Source: Polyangiaceae bacterium (GTDB taxonomy: Bacteria > Myxococcota_A > Polyangia > Polyangiales > Polyangiaceae). Taken from it: a DNA stretch of 64,000 nt. The stretch spans positions 32,001-96,000 of the forward strand of contig CBDCTZ010000012.1 of the NCBI GenBank assembly GCA_965222375.1, written 5' to 3'. Position 1 is the stretch's first letter. Every line of letters starts with the position of its first letter. The position numbers and the translations under genes were made by a program. Under the pieces are notes generated by a model, which worked only from the letters and a program-made list of their open reading frames with translations, had not been told where the DNA came from and ran no database searches. Of the stretch, positions 55,843 through 64,000 are shown piece after piece.

Positions 55843-56952
55843 ATGGGGACACTGAACAACCACGAACTATCGGGCGACTACGAGTTCAAGAACATCCGCT
55901 ACGAGAAGAAACCCGTACTGGACAAAGCGGGCACGCCCGTCGAAGGGCTGTGCCAGATTTGGATCTCGCTAGACAACGAGAAGCAGCTCAACTCCTACAC
56001 GACGGATGCGGTCAAAGACGTCGTCTTGGCGTTTCGCCGCGCCAGCGCGGATCGCAGCGCGGTCAACGTTGTGTTTACCGCCGTTGGCGACAGGTCTTTC
56101 TGTACCGGGGGCAACACCGAAGAGTACGCCACCTATTATGCGAACCGACCGTTGGAGTACCTGCAGTACATGCGGCTCTTCAACGACATGGTCACGAACA
56201 TCCTGATCTGCGACAAGCCGGTGATTTGCCGAGTCAACGGCATGCGAATCGCGGGCGGTCAGGAAATCGGCATGGCCTGCGACTTCACCGTCGCAGGTGA
56301 CCATGCGCGCTTCGGTCAAGCCGGGCCGGTGCATGGGTCCGCGCCGGATGGTGGCTCCACGGACTTTTTGGACGAGTATGTAGGCTTCTCGCGGGCGGTG
56401 GAGTCCTTGGTGCTGTGCGACCCCTGGAGCGCGCACAAGGCGCTGCGCATCGGTCTCATCAACGAGATCGCCGCCGTGTACAAGAACTCCAGCGGCAAGT
56501 TCATCCCGAACCCCTTCGTGATCACGGACCGCTTCGTCGACGAGATGGGGCGCGTGGTGCACGGCGAGTGGAAAGCCGGTGCCGAGCGCGACGCCGCCAA
56601 GAAGGTCGTTGCCGGCTGCAGCATCGATTTTTCGGAGCTCGATAAGAGCGTGAACGCCCTGTCGACCAAGCTGCTCTACACCTTTCCGGATTGCGCCCGG
56701 AAGACCCTGGAGAGCGTACGTAAGAAGAAGCTGACCCACTGGTACGCCAACAGCGAAACCAATCGTTCTTGGCTGTCCCTGAACATGAACGCCGAAGCGT
56801 CCCTCGGCTTTCCTGCCTTCCACTACGGTGACCGAGGCGAGCGCGAGATCGACTTCGTCGACTATCGCCGCCGCGTCGCGCGAGGCGAGCGCTTCGACCG
56901 GGAGCTGGCCAAAGCCGTGCTGCCCAAGAGCGCGGTGGAAAAGATGGGCTGA
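55843..56952 (+). CDS. oah: 6-oxocyclohex-1-ene-1-carbonyl-CoA hydrolase
   Basis: QLNSYTTD, FCTGGNTEEYA, YMRLFNDMV, RVNGMRIAGGQEIGMACD, HGSAPDGGSTDFL. Confidence 0.95.
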   Translation: MGTLNNHELSGDYEFKNIRYEKKPVLDKAGTPVEGLCQIWISLDNEKQLNSYTTDAVKDVVLAFRRASADRSAVNVVFTAVGDRSFCTGGNTEEYATYYANRPLEYLQYMRLFNDMVTNILICDKPVICRVNGMRIAGGQEIGMACDFTVAGDHARFGQAGPVHGSAPDGGSTDFLDEYVGFSRAVESLVLCDPWSAHKALRIGLINEIAAVYKNSSGKFIPNPFVITDRFVDEMGRVVHGEWKAGAERDAAKKVVAGCSIDFSELDKSVNALSTKLLYTFPDCARKTLESVRKKKLTHWYANSETNRSWLSLNMNAEASLGFPAFHYGDRGEREIDFVDYRRRVARGERFDRELAKAVLPKSAVEKMG

Positions 56953-56954
56953 GC

Positions 56955-57737
56955 ATGGCCGAAGCAGAAGAAGTGGTTGCTACGCTCAGCTCCGATGAGC
57001 GGCTCCTAGACCTCGAGTTCTATCGAGAAAAGGGCAACGTGCTGACGGGCGGGGTCATGCAGCGCATTGAAGCGGCCCTGGCGGAGCATGCGTCACGAGC
57101 GTCGCTGCGCATGGTCGTCCTGCGGGGCCGCGGAAAGCACTTCTCCTTCGGCGCTTCCGTGGAAGAGCACCGCAAGGACCAAGCCCCGAAGATGTTAGAG
57201 GGCTTTCACAAATTGTGTCGGCGGGTAGCGGGTTACCCCGTGCCCGTCGCGGCGGTGGTGCAAGGCCGCTGCCTGGGTGGCGCCTTCGAACTCGCGCTCT
57301 GCGCCCACTTCGTGCTGGCGCGCCGGAGCGCCGTGTTTGCTTGCCCGGAGATCAAGCTCGGCGTGTTCCCGCCGGTGCTCGCGGCACTGGGACCGCTGCG
57401 CCTGGGCACGGGCGTGGCTGAACGGCTGCTTCTGACAGGCTCGGATCTGACCGCCGAGCGCGCGCAGCAGCTCGGCTTCGTCACCGACCTCTTCGACGAT
57501 GACGTCGAGGGCGCGGATGCAGCGAAGGCTTGGTATGAAAAGGAGTTGGCGCCGCTTTCGGCTCTGGCGCTCCGCCAGGCGGTCAAGGTGGTCCGTCGCC
57601 CCATCGTCGAGCAGCTTGCGCAGCCACTGCAGCAGGCGGAAGAGCAATACGTTGGCGAGTTGCTCGAGAGTGCAGACGCTAACGAAGGCATCGAAGCATT
57701 CATCGCTCGGAGGAAGCCCGAGTGGCAGGATCGTTAG
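56955..57737 (+). CDS. dch: Cyclohexa-1,5-diene-1-carbonyl-CoA hydratase
   Basis: Crotonase fold; HFSFGASVEEH, CLGGAFEL, PEIKLGVFPP. Confidence 0.9.
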   Translation: MAEAEEVVATLSSDERLLDLEFYREKGNVLTGGVMQRIEAALAEHASRASLRMVVLRGRGKHFSFGASVEEHRKDQAPKMLEGFHKLCRRVAGYPVPVAAVVQGRCLGGAFELALCAHFVLARRSAVFACPEIKLGVFPPVLAALGPLRLGTGVAERLLLTGSDLTAERAQQLGFVTDLFDDDVEGADAAKAWYEKELAPLSALALRQAVKVVRRPIVEQLAQPLQQAEEQYVGELLESADANEGIEAFIARRKPEWQDR

Positions 57738-57742
57738 AGGGC

Positions 57743-58405
57743 GTGGACCCCGCCGCCGTTGCGCGGTCGGAGATCCTGCATGCGGCAGCCCGGGCTGTGG
57801 CGGAGCATGGCTTCCATGGCATGAGTATGCGGGAGTTGGCCCGGGCCACGGGTCGGTCGCCAGCGAGCTTCTACAACTACTTCCGATCCAAGGAGGCCGT
57901 GCTCCTGGCGATTCAGCTGGAGGCCTTTGATGTCTTGCTTTCGGCGGTGCGCACGGCCTTGGCTCGCTTCACATCACCCCAAGAGCGACTGTACGCATTC
58001 GTGCTCAACCACGTGCGGTACTTCGCGAAGCATAGCGACGTCATGCGTGTCTTGATTCACGAGGCCACGGCGTTGCCCCCGGAGTCCCGCGCGAAAGTTC
58101 GCGAGTTGAAGTCCCGCTACTTCGAGCTGGGGCGCAAGCTCGTACGCAAGCGCAGCCCGAAGGGCACCAGCCGCGCCGAGGTGGAGCGGGCGACCTACTG
58201 CCTATTCGGGATGCTGAACTGGATCTACGGCTGGTACCAGCCCGAGCTGCATGGTCCGCCGGCGCAGTTGGCACGCAGCATCTTCAGCGTTGCAGAAGGT
58301 GGCCTCGTCGGTGCGGACGTGGACCAAGACATGCTGAACAGAGTCGAGCGAGAGCTATCCGGTCTGGATGCTCCCGCGTTGCTTTCAGGACCCAAGGAGA
58401 TCTGA
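57743..58405 (+). CDS. TetR/AcrR-family regulator
   Basis: GFHGMSMRELA..SFYNYFRSKE HTH, FGMLNWIYGWY; start may be 57722. Confidence 0.92.
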   Translation: MDPAAVARSEILHAAARAVAEHGFHGMSMRELARATGRSPASFYNYFRSKEAVLLAIQLEAFDVLLSAVRTALARFTSPQERLYAFVLNHVRYFAKHSDVMRVLIHEATALPPESRAKVRELKSRYFELGRKLVRKRSPKGTSRAEVERATYCLFGMLNWIYGWYQPELHGPPAQLARSIFSVAEGGLVGADVDQDMLNRVERELSGLDAPALLSGPKEI

Positions 58406-58407
58406 CC

Positions 58408-59598
58408 ATGAGTAGCTGGGACGACAAAGATCCGATGCGCGACGTGTTGTCGCGCTCCCTTTCTCTGGTGGAGGATCTGTCTTTCGCCGAAGTGGCGCGC
58501 TGGAAAGAAGCCAACCCGGGTGGGTTGGCGGTTGGCTACATGCCGATCTACGTGCCTCGCCCGATGTTGGAGGCGATTGGCTGCCTGCCGGTAGCGGTGT
58601 TTGGCGGCGGGGATCAGCTCGACATCATTCGCGGCGACTCGTATTTTCAGTCCTACATCTGCCACATCCCACGCAGCACCCTGGAGCTCGCGCTGACCGG
58701 GCGCCTCGACAACATCGATGGCATGCTGTTCCCGTCTATCTGCGACGTGATCCGCAACCTGGGTGGGATCTGGAAGATGCTGTTTCCGGATCGCTACGGC
58801 GCCTACGTCGATCTGCCCCAGAACTTCGACCCGCACATCGGTGGCAAGTTCTACGCTCTGGAGATTCGTCGCATCGCCCGGGAGCTCAAGGAGCGCGGGG
58901 CGAAAGAGCTGACCGACGACGCTTTGCGACAAGCCATCCAGGTCGAAAACTCTCGGCGCCAGGCGCTGGCCGGCTTGGATGAGCTTCGACAGAAGGAACC
59001 TTGGCGCCTCAGGGCCTCGGAGGCCTACTTGCTTGCCCGCGCCGGCAGCGTGCTCGATGCCGCGAGCCACGGGAAGCTGCTGCGAGAAGCGCTTACCAAA
59101 GCCAAGGACCGACAAACGCGAGTCTACGATAACGTTCGCGTCGTGGTTCGCGGGTCCTTCTGCGAGCAACCGCCCCTGGGCTTGATTCGCACCCTCGAGG
59201 CTGCCGGTTGCGACATCGTCGACGACGATTTTCAGCTCGGGCTCACCTTCGTCGAGGGTGACATCGAGGAAGACGCGAAGGATCCGGTGACGGCCCTAGC
59301 AGACGCGTATCTGAAGCGCGGCGTTGCGACGGCGAGTCGCTACATTGGCGACGATGAAAAGGGCAAAGCCTTGGCTGATCGAGTCAAAGCTGTCGGAGCC
59401 GAAGGCGTGATCTTCGCCGCTGCGTCTTTCTGTGATCCGGCGCTGCTGGACCAGCCGATGCTCGAAGCGGCCATGGACCGCTCCAGCATCCCACATACGA
59501 GTCTCAAATACGGCGAAAATACAGGCCAATTCCAAGTGATCAAAGAACAAGCAGGAGCGTTTTCGGACGCCGTCAAACTCTGGGGAAGTGCAGCATGA
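58408..59598 (+). CDS. bcrC: Class I benzoyl-CoA reductase subunit C
   Basis: YMPIYVPR, GDSYFQSYICHIPRSTLEL, FPSICDVIRNL, FCEQPPL, SFCDPALL, EQAGAFSDAVKLW. Confidence 0.95.
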   Translation: MSSWDDKDPMRDVLSRSLSLVEDLSFAEVARWKEANPGGLAVGYMPIYVPRPMLEAIGCLPVAVFGGGDQLDIIRGDSYFQSYICHIPRSTLELALTGRLDNIDGMLFPSICDVIRNLGGIWKMLFPDRYGAYVDLPQNFDPHIGGKFYALEIRRIARELKERGAKELTDDALRQAIQVENSRRQALAGLDELRQKEPWRLRASEAYLLARAGSVLDAASHGKLLREALTKAKDRQTRVYDNVRVVVRGSFCEQPPLGLIRTLEAAGCDIVDDDFQLGLTFVEGDIEEDAKDPVTALADAYLKRGVATASRYIGDDEKGKALADRVKAVGAEGVIFAAASFCDPALLDQPMLEAAMDRSSIPHTSLKYGENTGQFQVIKEQAGAFSDAVKLWGSAA

Positions 59599-60896
59599 CC
59601 ACCGCAACCGCTACACAGACGCCGCCCGAGGCGGAAAAAGACGATAGCCAGCTCGAACAAAAGCGAATGATCGCTGACCACTTCGAGAAGCTCTCCCGGG
59701 CCAAGGCCGAAGGGAAGAAGGTGGTGTACACCTTCGTGCCCGGCAACCTGACCGAGTTGATTGGCGCCCTGGACATGTTGCCCGTCCTCCCGGAGATCAA
59801 CGCGCTGCAGTCGGGCATGCGCAAGAAGTCCGGTGCGTACATCTCGGATGCCGAGAAGTCAGGCCACTCCGAGGATGTGTGCACCTATGTGAAGTGCGAC
59901 TTGGGCATGTTGAAGAACGGCAACATCGGACCGACCGGGACGAAACTGCCAGAACCCGATCTGCTCCTGCTATCCTATACGGGCTGCTTCACCTTCATGA
60001 AGTGGTTCGAGATCCTGCGAGAGGAGTACAAGTGCCCGGTCGTGATGCTTCACGTGCCGTATCAAACGGACGGTGAAATCACTCCGGAGATGCGGCAGTA
60101 CGTGGCCGACCAACTGCGGGATGTCGTGATCCCGGCGATGGAGAAGGTCGCCGGCAAGAAGCTGGACATGGACGAGTTGGCTCGTCGCCTCGGGCTCTCG
60201 AAGCAGGCCGAGGACGACCTGGTGGCGGTGTGGGAGTCGGCGCAGAACACGCCATCGCCCATCGATGGCTACTTTGGAGGCGTGTACTACATCGGACCGA
60301 TCTTCAGCGCCTTCCGGGGCACCGAAGCCGCCGTGAAGTACTACAAGATGCTGCGCTCGGAGGTGGAAAGCCGCGTCGCCTCCGGCGAAGGACCAATGAC
60401 TCCGGACGGTCCGGCGACGGACGAACGTTATCGCCTCGTCGTCGAAGGGCCGCCGAATTGGACGCACTTCCTCGACTTCTGGCGCATGTTCAGTCGGGAG
60501 GGGGCGACCATCGTGGCCAGCACCTACACGCGCGTGGGTGGCTTGTACGACACCGGGTTCCGCCACGACCCCAGCTCTCCACTGGAGAGCTTGGCGGACT
60601 ACTGCCTCGGTTGCTACACCAACCTCGGCCTGCCGACCCGCACGGACCTGCTCGAGAGCTACATCAAGCGCTACAAGGCTGATGGCTTCTTGATCAACAG
60701 CGTGAAGAGTTGCAACTCCTTTTCGGCGGGGCAGCTGGTGATGCTGCGAGAGTTGGAGAAACGCACCGGCGTGCCAGGTGGGTTCATCGAGTCCGACCTA
60801 GTCGATCCACGCTACTTCGGTAAAGCCAACATCGAGAACCGGCTGCAGAGCTACCTGCAAATGCTCGAGGCTCGCCGCGGGAGGGCCAGCGCATGA
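59595..60896 (+). CDS. bcrB: Class I benzoyl-CoA reductase subunit B
   Basis: TFVPGNL, GHSEDVCTYVK, LSYTGCFTFMKWFE, YCLGCYTN, KSCNSFSAGQ, DLVDPRYF. Confidence 0.95.
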   Translation: MTTATATQTPPEAEKDDSQLEQKRMIADHFEKLSRAKAEGKKVVYTFVPGNLTELIGALDMLPVLPEINALQSGMRKKSGAYISDAEKSGHSEDVCTYVKCDLGMLKNGNIGPTGTKLPEPDLLLLSYTGCFTFMKWFEILREEYKCPVVMLHVPYQTDGEITPEMRQYVADQLRDVVIPAMEKVAGKKLDMDELARRLGLSKQAEDDLVAVWESAQNTPSPIDGYFGGVYYIGPIFSAFRGTEAAVKYYKMLRSEVESRVASGEGPMTPDGPATDERYRLVVEGPPNWTHFLDFWRMFSREGATIVASTYTRVGGLYDTGFRHDPSSPLESLADYCLGCYTNLGLPTRTDLLESYIKRYKADGFLINSVKSCNSFSAGQLVMLRELEKRTGVPGGFIESDLVDPRYFGKANIENRLQSYLQMLEARRGRASA

Positions 60897-62248
60897 AAGT
60901 CGTAGTAGGCATTGACCTCGGTTCCACCACCACGAAGGCGGTGCTCGTCGATGAAGACGGGCAAGTCGTCGGTCGAGGCATCACCAACAGCCGGAGCAAC
61001 TACGAAGTGGCGTGCGGCGTCGCGCGAGAGGAAGCTCTCGTGGCAGCGCGCTTCACCCTGCTGGAGCGGGAGCTCGCCAAGCTCGGCCAGAGCGATGGCA
61101 CGGCGGAAATGCGGGAAGCGTTCCGGCTGGAACTCTACTTGGACGAACTCGGGAAGCTGGAGGCTCAGGTCCGCCAGGTGCTCAAGAGCCTGACCTACGT
61201 CGGCAGTCGAGACGTGCTCGTACCCGCGGCCGACGAGATCCTCGGTACCATGCGGGATGAAGCACCCCAGCTCTTCCAAGTGGGGGTTTCCCGCAAGAGC
61301 GACTTCTTCCGGGATTTGGCGGGGGCGGCTTTCGTCGCGGCTGCGGAGGATGTCAGCGTCAAACGCAACCTGCCCTACGAGCGCCTCGTCGGCTTGTTCG
61401 ATCGCGCAGTGCTGGATGTCGAAACTCAGCTCACGCCCCACTCCTTTGGGGACCTTCTAGGCCGAGCCGCTCGTCGGATTTTGGGACAACACGGAAAAGA
61501 GTCAGCCCAAGCGTCCCTGCTCACGGCGGTCGATCGCGTTGCCGGCCTTCCCATCGAGGAGCTGACCTTCGTGGGCACCGGATACGGTCGCCAGACGTTG
61601 CCCTTCCCCAAGGACGCGGTGCGCAGCGAGATCCTGTGTCATGGCCGCGGCGCCCACCGTGTCTTCAACAAGACCCGGACCGTCCTGGACATTGGAGGCC
61701 AAGATACCAAGGCGATTCAGGTGGACGAGCACGGCGTCGTCACGTCGTTCCAGATGAACGATCGCTGCGCCGCGGGCTGCGGTCGCTATTTGGGCTACAT
61801 CGCCGACGAGCTCAACCTGGGCCTGCACGAATTGGGTCCGCTAGCCCTGGGCGCGAAGCGTGTCGTCAAGGTGAACTCCACCTGCACGGTGTTTGCGGGC
61901 GCGGAGCTTCGCGAACGTCTCTCGCTGGGTGAGCGACGTGAGGACATCTTGGCTGGGTTGCATCGGGCCATCATGCTGCGGGCGATGAGTCTGCTCGCAC
62001 GCTCCGGCGGTGTGGAGAACGAGCTGACCTTCACCGGTGGCGTCTGCAAGAACGGCATGGCCACCAAGGTGCTGGCTGAACTGGTCGAGCAGAACTACGG
62101 CGGCGACATCACCCTCAACGCCCACCCCGACTCAATCTACATGGGCGCCCTGGGCGCCGCGCTTTTCGGCCTAGACGATGTGCAGGCCGGCAAACCGATG
62201 ATGCTACCCACCTTTGCCAAGGCTGCTTCAGCCGAGGCCGTGCAGTAG
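60893..62248 (+). CDS. bcrA: Class I benzoyl-CoA reductase subunit A (ASKHA ATPase)
   Basis: GIDLGSTTTKAV..GRGITNSRSNY, GTGYGR, SEILCHG, DIGGQDTK, QMNDRCAAGCGRYL. Confidence 0.95.
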   Translation: MKVVVGIDLGSTTTKAVLVDEDGQVVGRGITNSRSNYEVACGVAREEALVAARFTLLERELAKLGQSDGTAEMREAFRLELYLDELGKLEAQVRQVLKSLTYVGSRDVLVPAADEILGTMRDEAPQLFQVGVSRKSDFFRDLAGAAFVAAAEDVSVKRNLPYERLVGLFDRAVLDVETQLTPHSFGDLLGRAARRILGQHGKESAQASLLTAVDRVAGLPIEELTFVGTGYGRQTLPFPKDAVRSEILCHGRGAHRVFNKTRTVLDIGGQDTKAIQVDEHGVVTSFQMNDRCAAGCGRYLGYIADELNLGLHELGPLALGAKRVVKVNSTCTVFAGAELRERLSLGERREDILAGLHRAIMLRAMSLLARSGGVENELTFTGGVCKNGMATKVLAELVEQNYGGDITLNAHPDSIYMGALGAALFGLDDVQAGKPMMLPTFAKAASAEAVQ

Positions 62249-62257
62249 GAGACCGAG

Positions 62258-63145
62258 ATGAAACGACATCTGACAGCCGGCGTGGACCCAGGTGCCAGCA
62301 CCGTCAAGGTGGCCATCGTCGAAAGCAGTGCGGGCGAGAGTGCGAAGATCTTGAGCACGCGCGCGCAGCGCATTCGGCGTCGCGACGTGCACGAGGTCGT
62401 GCGCGCAACCTTCGAGGAGGCCTGCGCCGATGCCAAGGTTGCCCCAGACGCCTTCGACTACATTGCAAGTACTGGCGATGGCGACAGTGTCGGATTTCGC
62501 ACCGGGCACTTCTACAGCATGACCACCCATGCGCGGGGCGCGCTGCAGCTATGTCCCGAAGCGCGTTCAGCCCTCGACATTGGAGCGCTTCACGCCCGGG
62601 CCTTGCGCATGAGCGAGCAGGGGCGAGTGCTAGCTCACCGCATGACCAGCCAATGTGCCAGCGGCAGCGGTCAATTCTTGGAAAACATCGCGCGCTACTT
62701 GGGCGTGCCGCTAGAAGACGTTGGCAAGCTCAGCAAGGGAGCGCAGGCGCCGGAGAAAGTCTCGAGCATCTGTGCTGTGTTGGCCGAAACGGACGTCATC
62801 AACATGGTGTCGAGAGACATCTCTCCTGCAGACATCTTGAAGGGCATCCACCTGAGCATCGCGGGGCGCCTGGTGCAGTTGCTACGCGCCGTTGGCGCGT
62901 CGGGCACCGTGGTGCTCACGGGCGGGCTCAGCCGCGACGAGGGGCTGGTGTCCGCGATCGAGGAGTTGATTCGCGAGGAGAAAACCCGCAAACGCCGCAA
63001 ACAGCACGCGCCGCTGGATCTCGTGGCCCACGAGGATGGGATCTTGGCAGGGGCCTTGGGCGCTGCGCTCTTGGGCGCCTATCGCTACGAACAGCTGAAA
63101 CGCAAAGGCCAACCGGTTGCCAGCGTGGCCATGGCTGCGGTCTGA
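62258..63145 (+). CDS. bcrD: Class I benzoyl-CoA reductase subunit D (ASKHA ATPase)
   Basis: GHFYSMTTHARGA, LDIGALH, MTSQCASGSGQFLENIARYLG, CAVLAETDVINMVSR. Confidence 0.95.
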   Translation: MKRHLTAGVDPGASTVKVAIVESSAGESAKILSTRAQRIRRRDVHEVVRATFEEACADAKVAPDAFDYIASTGDGDSVGFRTGHFYSMTTHARGALQLCPEARSALDIGALHARALRMSEQGRVLAHRMTSQCASGSGQFLENIARYLGVPLEDVGKLSKGAQAPEKVSSICAVLAETDVINMVSRDISPADILKGIHLSIAGRLVQLLRAVGASGTVVLTGGLSRDEGLVSAIEELIREEKTRKRRKQHAPLDLVAHEDGILAGALGAALLGAYRYEQLKRKGQPVASVAMAAV

Positions 63146-63179
63146 GCGAGTCGGGGAACCAAGCTAGAAGGAACAAGCC

Positions 63180-63668
63180 ATGGAAGACACAGAACTAGAT
63201 CCCGGAGCCCTGGATACGGATCACATCGAAGTCAGCACGCTCAGCATCGACGACCTCGACTGGATGGTGAGCATCGATCGTCGATACTTCGGCCGGTCAC
63301 GAGCCGAGTACTTCAAGAAGAAGCTCGAAGAGGTCCAAAAGGACACGGGGATTCGGATCTCCCTTGCGGCTCGTCTGGACAAGCAGCCCGCGGGTTTCCT
63401 GATGGGTCGGCTCTACTACGGCGAATTCGGACTGCCCGAGCCCGTGGCCATCATCGACTCCCTCGGGGTGGCGGAGGCCTTCGCGGGCAAGAAGGTCGCC
63501 AAAGCGCTCATGCGTCAGCTGGTCATGAACCTGCGGGGTCTCGGCATCCAGCGCATCCAGACCCAAGTGGACTGGGACCAGGGGGATCTGATCGCGTTTT
63601 TCCGCCAGTCCGGGTTTTCCCCAGCCCCGCGATTGTGTCTGGAGCTGGATCTAGCTAAATCTGGGTGA
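63180..63668 (+). CDS. GNAT-family N-acetyltransferase
   Basis: GFLMGRLYYGEFG, IIDSLGV..FAGKKVAKALM, FFRQSGF. Confidence 0.88.
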   Translation: MEDTELDPGALDTDHIEVSTLSIDDLDWMVSIDRRYFGRSRAEYFKKKLEEVQKDTGIRISLAARLDKQPAGFLMGRLYYGEFGLPEPVAIIDSLGVAEAFAGKKVAKALMRQLVMNLRGLGIQRIQTQVDWDQGDLIAFFRQSGFSPAPRLCLELDLAKSG

Positions 63669-63685
63669 CCCTGCGGGGCACCCGA

Positions 63686-64000
63686 ATGGCCGAAGACCAA
63701 GAGCCAGCGCCTGGAGCGGGCCAGCTCGTGCCGCTCAACCTCGTCATCAACGGCGATGACGCGCAGATCTCTGCGCCCGCCCATTGGACGCTGCTGGAAG
63801 TGCTGCGCTACCAGCTCGGCCTCACCGGGAGCAAGCAGGGCTGCGACAAGGGCGACTGTGGCGCCTGCACGGTCCTGCTCGACGGCGAGCCCGTGCTGGC
63901 CTGCTTGACCCTGGCAGCGACGGTGCAGGGCAGGCAAGTCACCACCATCGAAGGGCTAGCCCCGGCCCACAAGCGGGCTGCGGGCCAAGGCGTGGACCCG
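63686..64000 (+). CDS. Partial 2x[2Fe-2S] subunit of a xanthine-oxidase-family enzyme; probably 4-hydroxybenzoyl-CoA reductase gamma subunit
   Basis: TLLEVLRYQLGLTGSKQGCDKGDCGACTVLLDG..LAC..VTTIEGL; runs off the window; hcrC identity is inferred from context only. Confidence 0.85.
   Translation, partial: MAEDQEPAPGAGQLVPLNLVINGDDAQISAPAHWTLLEVLRYQLGLTGSKQGCDKGDCGACTVLLDGEPVLACLTLAATVQGRQVTTIEGLAPAHKRAAGQGVDP

Noticed and set aside
54762..63668. Selenoprotein link between the sel genes and the benzoyl-CoA reductase
   Set aside because: Sec occurs in some class II (Bam) complexes; these are class I subunits, full-length with no internal TGA
38600..64000. Genomic island integrated at selC
   Set aside because: No integrase and no duplicated tRNA 3' end spotted by eye; a computational repeat search was not possible

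Overview
GC-rich bacterial chromosomal segment. It is probably Myxococcota (Polyangiales-like), inferred from a TIGR04563-type small protein, a DUF1844 protein, Cys-rich and Gly-rich lipoproteins and a Hanks-type kinase; this was not checked by search. No integrase, transposase, CRISPR array, rRNA or reverse transcriptase was seen. Main content: (i) envelope and signalling genes: S41 protease, HtrA, ECF sigma/anti-sigma, three His-kinase-like genes (one lacking an ATPase domain), a secreted Fam20/Four-jointed-like probable pseudokinase and a 6-TM Ser/Thr kinase; (ii) a LarA-family racemase next to a fused small+large subunit aconitase-family dehydratase; (iii) dispersed selenocysteine machinery: selA, selB and a 101-nt tRNA-Sec whose CCA end overlaps the ATG of a universal stress protein gene; (iv) an RND efflux triad; (v) from about 53.9 kb to the window edge, an anaerobic benzoyl-CoA dearomatisation cluster (Fnr-like regulator, had-oah-dch-tetR-bcrCBAD-GNAT-probable hcrC) with an FNR box and a palindromic operator in its promoter. 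Many start codons lie 5-9 nt after a TAnnnT hexamer, suggesting widespread leaderless mRNAs. All product calls come from motif recognition by eye, not database searches.
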